A stretch of DNA of 64,000 nt from an uncultured Chloroflexia bacterium (GTDB lineage: Bacteria > Chloroflexota > Limnocylindria > Limnocylindrales > CSP1-4), in contig CAVQJC010000010.1 of assembly GCA_963712745.1 (NCBI GenBank), positions 1 to 64,000 of the forward strand. Reading direction: 5' to 3'. Below the pieces are notes generated by a model that saw only the letters and a list, made by a program, of their open reading frames with translations, was not told where the DNA came from and ran no database searches. Position numbers and translations under genes: made by a program. This document shows, piece after piece, positions 59,480-64,000 of this stretch (the stretch's first letter is position 1; each line of letters begins with the position of its first letter).

Positions 59480-59709
59480 GCGAGCGATGCTCTCACCGTT
59501 GCTCGCCACGCGAGCAAACCCGACGTGATCACACCCCGACGTGCAAGCGCTGCTCACCCGCTGAGCACAACTGACACCGCTGCTCACGACGTGAGCGAGA
59601 CCGGCGGATGCGGCAGGTGGCGCGTCGAGATCGCTCACCCCATGAGCAAGTCGCAGCGCCTTGGTCCGGTGCTCGCCGCAGGATCGAGGCGCGGAGTGGA
59701 GAGAGCGAT

Positions 59710-61782
59710 CTAGGCCTCTTCCTCCTCGGCCTGGTGCTCGTCGATGACCTTCTGCGCCACGTGCGCGGGTACTTCCTCGTACTGCGCCAGCTTGGCCGTG
59801 AAGGTACCGCGCCCGCCGGTGATGGAGCGCAACTCGGTGGCGTAGGTGAACAGCTCGGCCTGCGGCACGTGGGCCGAGAGGATCTGCTGTCCATCCTTGG
59901 CGTCCATGCCCAGGAGACGTCCGCGCCGGGTGTTGAGGTCACGGTTGACGTCACCCATGTACTGCTCCGGCACGCGCACCTCGACCTCCATGATGGGCTC
60001 GAGCAGGATGGGCTTCGATTCGGCGATGCCCTTGCGGGTAGCCTGCATGCCGGCCAGCCGGAAGCTGAGCTCGTCGGAGTCGACGGTGTGGAACGAGCCG
60101 TCGTAGAGGACGGCCTTGAAGTCGATGACCGGGTAGCCAGCCATGGGCCCCTTCTCGGCCACTGCCCGCACGCCCTTCTCCACGCCCGGGAAGAACTGCT
60201 TGGGCACGACCCCGCCGACGACCTTGGTCTCGAACTCGACGCCGCCGCCGGGATTGGGGCTGATCTCCAGCCAGACATGGCCGAACTGGCCACGACCGCC
60301 GGTCTGCTTCTTGTGGCGGCCCTCGACCTTGGCCGTGCCGCGGATGGTCTCGCGGTAGGGCACCCGCGGCGCGCTGGTCACGATGGACGTGCCGAACTTG
60401 CGCGTGAGGCGCTCGCCTGCGACCTGGATCTGGTTCTCACCCTGAGCCCACATCAGCTGCTCGCCGGTCTCGGAGCTGCGCTCGACGTTGATGGTCGGGT
60501 CCTCCTCCTGCAGGCGGGCCAGCGCCCCGGAGAGCTTGTCGAGGTCGGCCTTGCTGGCGGGCTCCACGGCCACCGGCAGCGTCGGCTCCGGGTACACGAT
60601 GGGCGCCATCGTCAACGGCGTCTCCTTGCGGCTGAGCGTGTCACCGGTGACGGTGTGGGCCAGCTTGGCCACGGCCCCGATCTCGCCGGCGCGGATCTCG
60701 TCCACCGGCTCCTGCTCGCTGCCTTTGATGTAGAAGACCTGGGCGATGCGCTCCTCCTCGCCCTTCTCGGCGTGCCACACGCTGTCGTGGGCCTTGACCG
60801 AACCCGACCACACGCGGAAGTAGGTCAGGCGCCCCACGAAGGGGTCGGCCGTGGTCTTGAAGACCTGGGCCAGGAGCGGCCCGTCGGGATCGGCCCCCAC
60901 CTCGATCTCGTCACCGCGGTTGTCGGTCGCCTTGACCGGAGGCTCTTCGAGCGGAGTGGGCAGGTAGCGGATGATGGCGTCGAGCATGGCCGTGATGCCG
61001 ATGTCGCGGTTGGCCGAGGTCACCATCACCGGCGCCAGCACCGAATCCTTGACGCCCTTGTGCAGGCACCGCTCGAGCTCCTCGTCGCTGACCTCTTCGC
61101 CTTCGAGGAACTTCATCAGCACCTCGTCGTCGGCGTCGGCCGCAGCCTCGAGCAGCTGCTCGCGGCGCATGGCGACCTCGTCGGCCATGTCCTCGGGGAC
61201 CGGCACCTCTTCGCGCTTGCCGCCGTCGTAGCGGTAGGCCTTGCCGTGGACCAGGTCCACGTATCCCGAGAAATCCTCACCCTTGCCGATGGCGATCTGG
61301 ATGGGCGCGATCTTGCTGCCGAACTCCTCCCGCAGCGCATCGAGGGCGGCGGTGGGATCAGCGTTCTCCCGCTCGCAGCGGGTGATGACGAAGATGGCCG
61401 GCGTGTGCGTGGAACGCGAGAGGCGAACCGCCTTCTCCGTCCCTGCCTCGACCCCGCCGGAGGCGTCGATGGTGATGAGCGCACCGTCCGCCGCTGCGAA
61501 TCCGCTGATGACCTCGCCCACGAAGTCGGCGTAGCCGGGCGTGTCGATGAGCGTGACGTGGCTGCCGTCCCGGTCGAAGGTGTTGGCCGCGAGGGAGAGC
61601 GACAGCTGCCGTTTCTGTTCCTCGGGCTCGAAGTCGAGCGAGGCCGTGCCCTCGTTGACGTTGCCCATGCGGTTGATGACGCCGGCCTTGTGGAGCAGGT
61701 GCTCGGCGATGGTCGTCTTGCCGGACCCTGCGTGTCCGGCAAGGACCACGTTGCGGAGTCGTGAGATGTCGACGTGCGGCAC
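59710..61782 (-). CDS. Elongation factor G-like protein (EF-G2/FusA2 type)
   Basis: GHAGSGKTT, DTPGY.DF, DPFVG.L and KKQTGGRGQFG. Divergent switch I (RQLSL in place of RGITI) and G4 (TRCE in place of NKxD); outside the str operon. Confidence 0.9.
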   Translation of the reverse strand: MPHVDISRLRNVVLAGHAGSGKTTIAEHLLHKAGVINRMGNVNEGTASLDFEPEEQKRQLSLSLAANTFDRDGSHVTLIDTPGYADFVGEVISGFAAADGALITIDASGGVEAGTEKAVRLSRSTHTPAIFVITRCERENADPTAALDALREEFGSKIAPIQIAIGKGEDFSGYVDLVHGKAYRYDGGKREEVPVPEDMADEVAMRREQLLEAAADADDEVLMKFLEGEEVSDEELERCLHKGVKDSVLAPVMVTSANRDIGITAMLDAIIRYLPTPLEEPPVKATDNRGDEIEVGADPDGPLLAQVFKTTADPFVGRLTYFRVWSGSVKAHDSVWHAEKGEEERIAQVFYIKGSEQEPVDEIRAGEIGAVAKLAHTVTGDTLSRKETPLTMAPIVYPEPTLPVAVEPASKADLDKLSGALARLQEEDPTINVERSSETGEQLMWAQGENQIQVAGERLTRKFGTSIVTSAPRVPYRETIRGTAKVEGRHKKQTGGRGQFGHVWLEISPNPGGGVEFETKVVGGVVPKQFFPGVEKGVRAVAEKGPMAGYPVIDFKAVLYDGSFHTVDSDELSFRLAGMQATRKGIAESKPILLEPIMEVEVRVPEQYMGDVNRDLNTRRGRLLGMDAKDGQQILSAHVPQAELFTYATELRSITGGRGTFTAKLAQYEEVPAHVAQKVIDEHQAEEEEA

Positions 61783-61894
61783 GCGGGGACCTCCAAGAAG
61801 CGGGTGTGAGGTCGGCAGAGGCATCTGGGCGGGCCTCGTCCCTCCGGGCCGACCGAGTCGGGTTCGTGGACCCAATCATATAGAATCCGAAGCC

Positions 61895-62647
61895 ATGTCC
61901 GGACATTCCAAGTGGTCGACCATCAAGCGCCAGAAGGGCGCCAATGACGCCAAGCGTGGTGCACTCTTCACCAAGCTCGGCAAGGAGATCAGCATCGCGG
62001 CCCGTGAGGGGGGCGGCGATCTCGAGGCCAACTACCGCCTGAGGCTGGCCGTCGACAAGGCGCGTGTAGCCAACATGCCGGCCGACAACATCAAGCGCGC
62101 CATCGAGCGCGCGACCGGCGGCGACAAGGCCATCGAGTACGAGGAGATCGTCTACGAAGGCTACGGCCCGGGTGGCGTGGCCCTGCTCGTGGAGACCGCG
62201 ACCGACAACAGGAATCGGACTGCGGCCGAGGTGCGCTCCATCTTCTCCAAGGCCGGCGGCTCGCTGGCCGGTCAAGGTTCGGTGGCCTGGCAGTTCGAAC
62301 CGCGTGGCCTGGTCAGCGTCGAGACCGGTGCCGGCGACGCTGACGATATCGCCCTCGCCGCCATCGACGCCGGCGCCACGGACGTGGACACTGAGGCCGA
62401 TCCCATCGAGATCTCGACCGAGCCGACGGAGCTGATGGCGGTGCAGAAGGCGCTCGAGGCGGCCGGGCTGAAGGTCGAATCGGCAGAGCTGACGATGGTG
62501 GCCACGGCGCCGGTCGAGGTCGACCTCGACAAGGCCCGCCAGAACCTCCGCCTCATCGAAGCGCTCGAGGACAGTGACGACGTCCAGCGCGTGACCGCCA
62601 ACTTCGACCTGCCCGACGAGATCGTCGCCGAGGCCGCCGCCTCGTGA
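61895..62647 (+). CDS. YebC/PmpR family protein
   Basis: MSGHSKWSTIKRQK, YEGYGPGG and TDNRNRT motifs. Confidence 0.96.
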   Translation: MSGHSKWSTIKRQKGANDAKRGALFTKLGKEISIAAREGGGDLEANYRLRLAVDKARVANMPADNIKRAIERATGGDKAIEYEEIVYEGYGPGGVALLVETATDNRNRTAAEVRSIFSKAGGSLAGQGSVAWQFEPRGLVSVETGAGDADDIALAAIDAGATDVDTEADPIEISTEPTELMAVQKALEAAGLKVESAELTMVATAPVEVDLDKARQNLRLIEALEDSDDVQRVTANFDLPDEIVAEAAAS

Positions 62648-63135
62648 TCGTGCTGGGGATCGACCCCGGCACTGCCCGCCTCGGCTACGGCGTCATCGAA
62701 CGCCAGGGCAGCACCCTGACGATGCTCGACTATGGCTGCTTCGAGACCGTCAACGACCGTCCGCTGGCAGGACGGTTGCTGCTCATCCACGAGGCCCTCA
62801 CCGACCTCATCGAGAGCCATCGGCCCGAGACGGTCGGTGTCGAGCGCCTCTTCTTCAACAAGAACGTGCAGACGGCCATGGCCGTGGGGCAGGCGCGCGG
62901 CGTGGTCCTGCTGGCCGCGGCCCAGCACGGCCTGCCCGTGATGGAATACGGCCCCCACGAGGTCAAGCTGGCGGTGACCGGCTACGGGCGCTCGCCGAAG
63001 GACCAGGTCCAGCGCATGGTGCAGATGGTGCTCTCGATGCCGGAGCTGCCGCGGCCCGATGACGCCGCCGACGCACTGGCGGTCGCGGTGTGCACCGCCC
63101 ACGCCTTCAGGCCGGAGATCGTGGCCAGCGCATGA
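62644..63135 (+). CDS. ruvC: Crossover junction endodeoxyribonuclease RuvC
   Basis: LGIDPG, VE.LFF..N, QARGV, K..VTG.G and DDAADALA motifs. Confidence 0.96.
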   Translation: MIVLGIDPGTARLGYGVIERQGSTLTMLDYGCFETVNDRPLAGRLLLIHEALTDLIESHRPETVGVERLFFNKNVQTAMAVGQARGVVLLAAAQHGLPVMEYGPHEVKLAVTGYGRSPKDQVQRMVQMVLSMPELPRPDDAADALAVAVCTAHAFRPEIVASA

Positions 63136-63710
63136 TCGCCTCCCTCGATGGCACCGTCACCCAGATCTCGGGCACCGATGTCGTGCTCGAGGTCGGGGGG
63201 ATCGGCTACCGCGTCTACGCTGGACCCTCAACGCTGAGCGGTCTCTCGAGCGGCCAGCGGGTCAAGCTGCACACCCACCACCTGGTACGCGAGGACGTAC
63301 AGGCGCTCTACGGCTTCAGCAGCACGGAGGAGCTGGCCTTCTTCGAGCTCATCACCACCGTCAGCGGGGTAGGCCCCAAGGTCGGCCTGGCCATCGTCTC
63401 CTCGCGCCCGGTGGCCGATCTGCAGCTGGCCATCCTGCAGGGTGATGATGCGGTGCTCACCTCTGTCTCCGGCGTGGGCAAGCGCCTGGCCGGCCGCATC
63501 GTGCTCGAGCTGAAGGAGAAGGTCGATGCTGCCGGCAGCGCCGCCATCAGCGACGGGGGCGGGGAGGCGGAGGTCGTCGCTGCGCTCGAAGCCCTCGGTT
63601 ACAGCTCTCGCGAGGGTCGCGACGCTGCCCGCACCGCGGTGGCCGCGCTGCCACCAGAGGCCTCGCTGGAGGACCGCGTCAAGGAGGCGCTCCAAACGCT
63701 GCGCCAGTGA
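63132..63710 (+). CDS. ruvA: Holliday junction branch migration protein RuvA
   Basis: MIASL.G, GGIGY, VRED...LYGF, VSGVGPK, GVGKR.A.RI..EL and AL.ALGY motifs. Confidence 0.95.
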   Translation: MIASLDGTVTQISGTDVVLEVGGIGYRVYAGPSTLSGLSSGQRVKLHTHHLVREDVQALYGFSSTEELAFFELITTVSGVGPKVGLAIVSSRPVADLQLAILQGDDAVLTSVSGVGKRLAGRIVLELKEKVDAAGSAAISDGGGEAEVVAALEALGYSSREGRDAARTAVAALPPEASLEDRVKEALQTLRQ

Positions 63711-63779
63711 CCGCGAAGCACCAGGCATCGGTAGAACGTCCGTTCCATTCCGGGCTCATCTCTGCTAGACTCCACGTCC

Positions 63780-64000
63780 ATGGATGACGACGCCCGTCTC
63801 GTCTCGCCGGAACTCGAGGCGCTCGATGAGAACACGGTCGAATCGTCACTGCGCCCGCGGCAGCTCGATGAGTACATCGGCCAGACGCAGGTCAAGGACA
63901 ACCTGGGCATCCTGCTGTCCGCGGCCAACAAGCGCGAGGAAGCGGCCGACCACATCCTGCTTTACGGCCCACCCGGCCTGGGTAAGACCACCCTGGCCAA
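63780..64000 (+). CDS. ruvB: Holliday junction helicase RuvB (partial, runs off the window)
   Basis: [16 protein letters not shown] and [16 protein letters not shown]. Confidence 0.95.
   Translation, partial: MDDDARLVSPELEALDENTVESSLRPRQLDEYIGQTQVKDNLGILLSAANKREEAADHILLYGPPGLGKTTLA

Overview
High-GC (~70% by eye) bacterial chromosomal window. Gene style suggests Chloroflexota, possibly Limnocylindria/Ellin6529; this is inference only. Layout: (1) 1-7.8 kb, accessory membrane/DUF genes (SulP, DUF1269, FUSC, DUF2252, DUF389) plus gene relics, ending at tRNA-Val(GAC). (2) 7.9-35.8 kb, core genes: glgX, treS-maltokinase fusion, thrS-infC-rpmI-rplT-pheST, cvpA-mpg-mutS2, a class A PBP, tyrS, and a his operon headed by a TrpR-like YerC/YecD regulator with a divergent hisA. 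(3) 35.8-59.7 kb, an accessory island with IS110 relics and many secreted/membrane genes and gene fragments. (4) 59.7-64 kb, EF-G-like gene, yebC, ruvCAB. Main discovery: between 37.5 and 54.8 kb, about 17 co-oriented, diverged copies (full or partial) of a ~100-bp intergenic module punctuate the island like a cassette array. The module is an 11-8-11 imperfect dyad resembling Xer dif/cer-type sites, a linker, a GC hairpin and a TTGACC-N16-nAGGAT promoter. The distance from dyad to promoter is either 53 or 43 bp, a difference of one helical turn. Paralogous secreted-protein genes and genes cut at module boundaries lie between copies, and no recombinase is encoded locally. Single-base frameshifts in pheT, tyrS, sulP and yerC are most likely sequencing errors.
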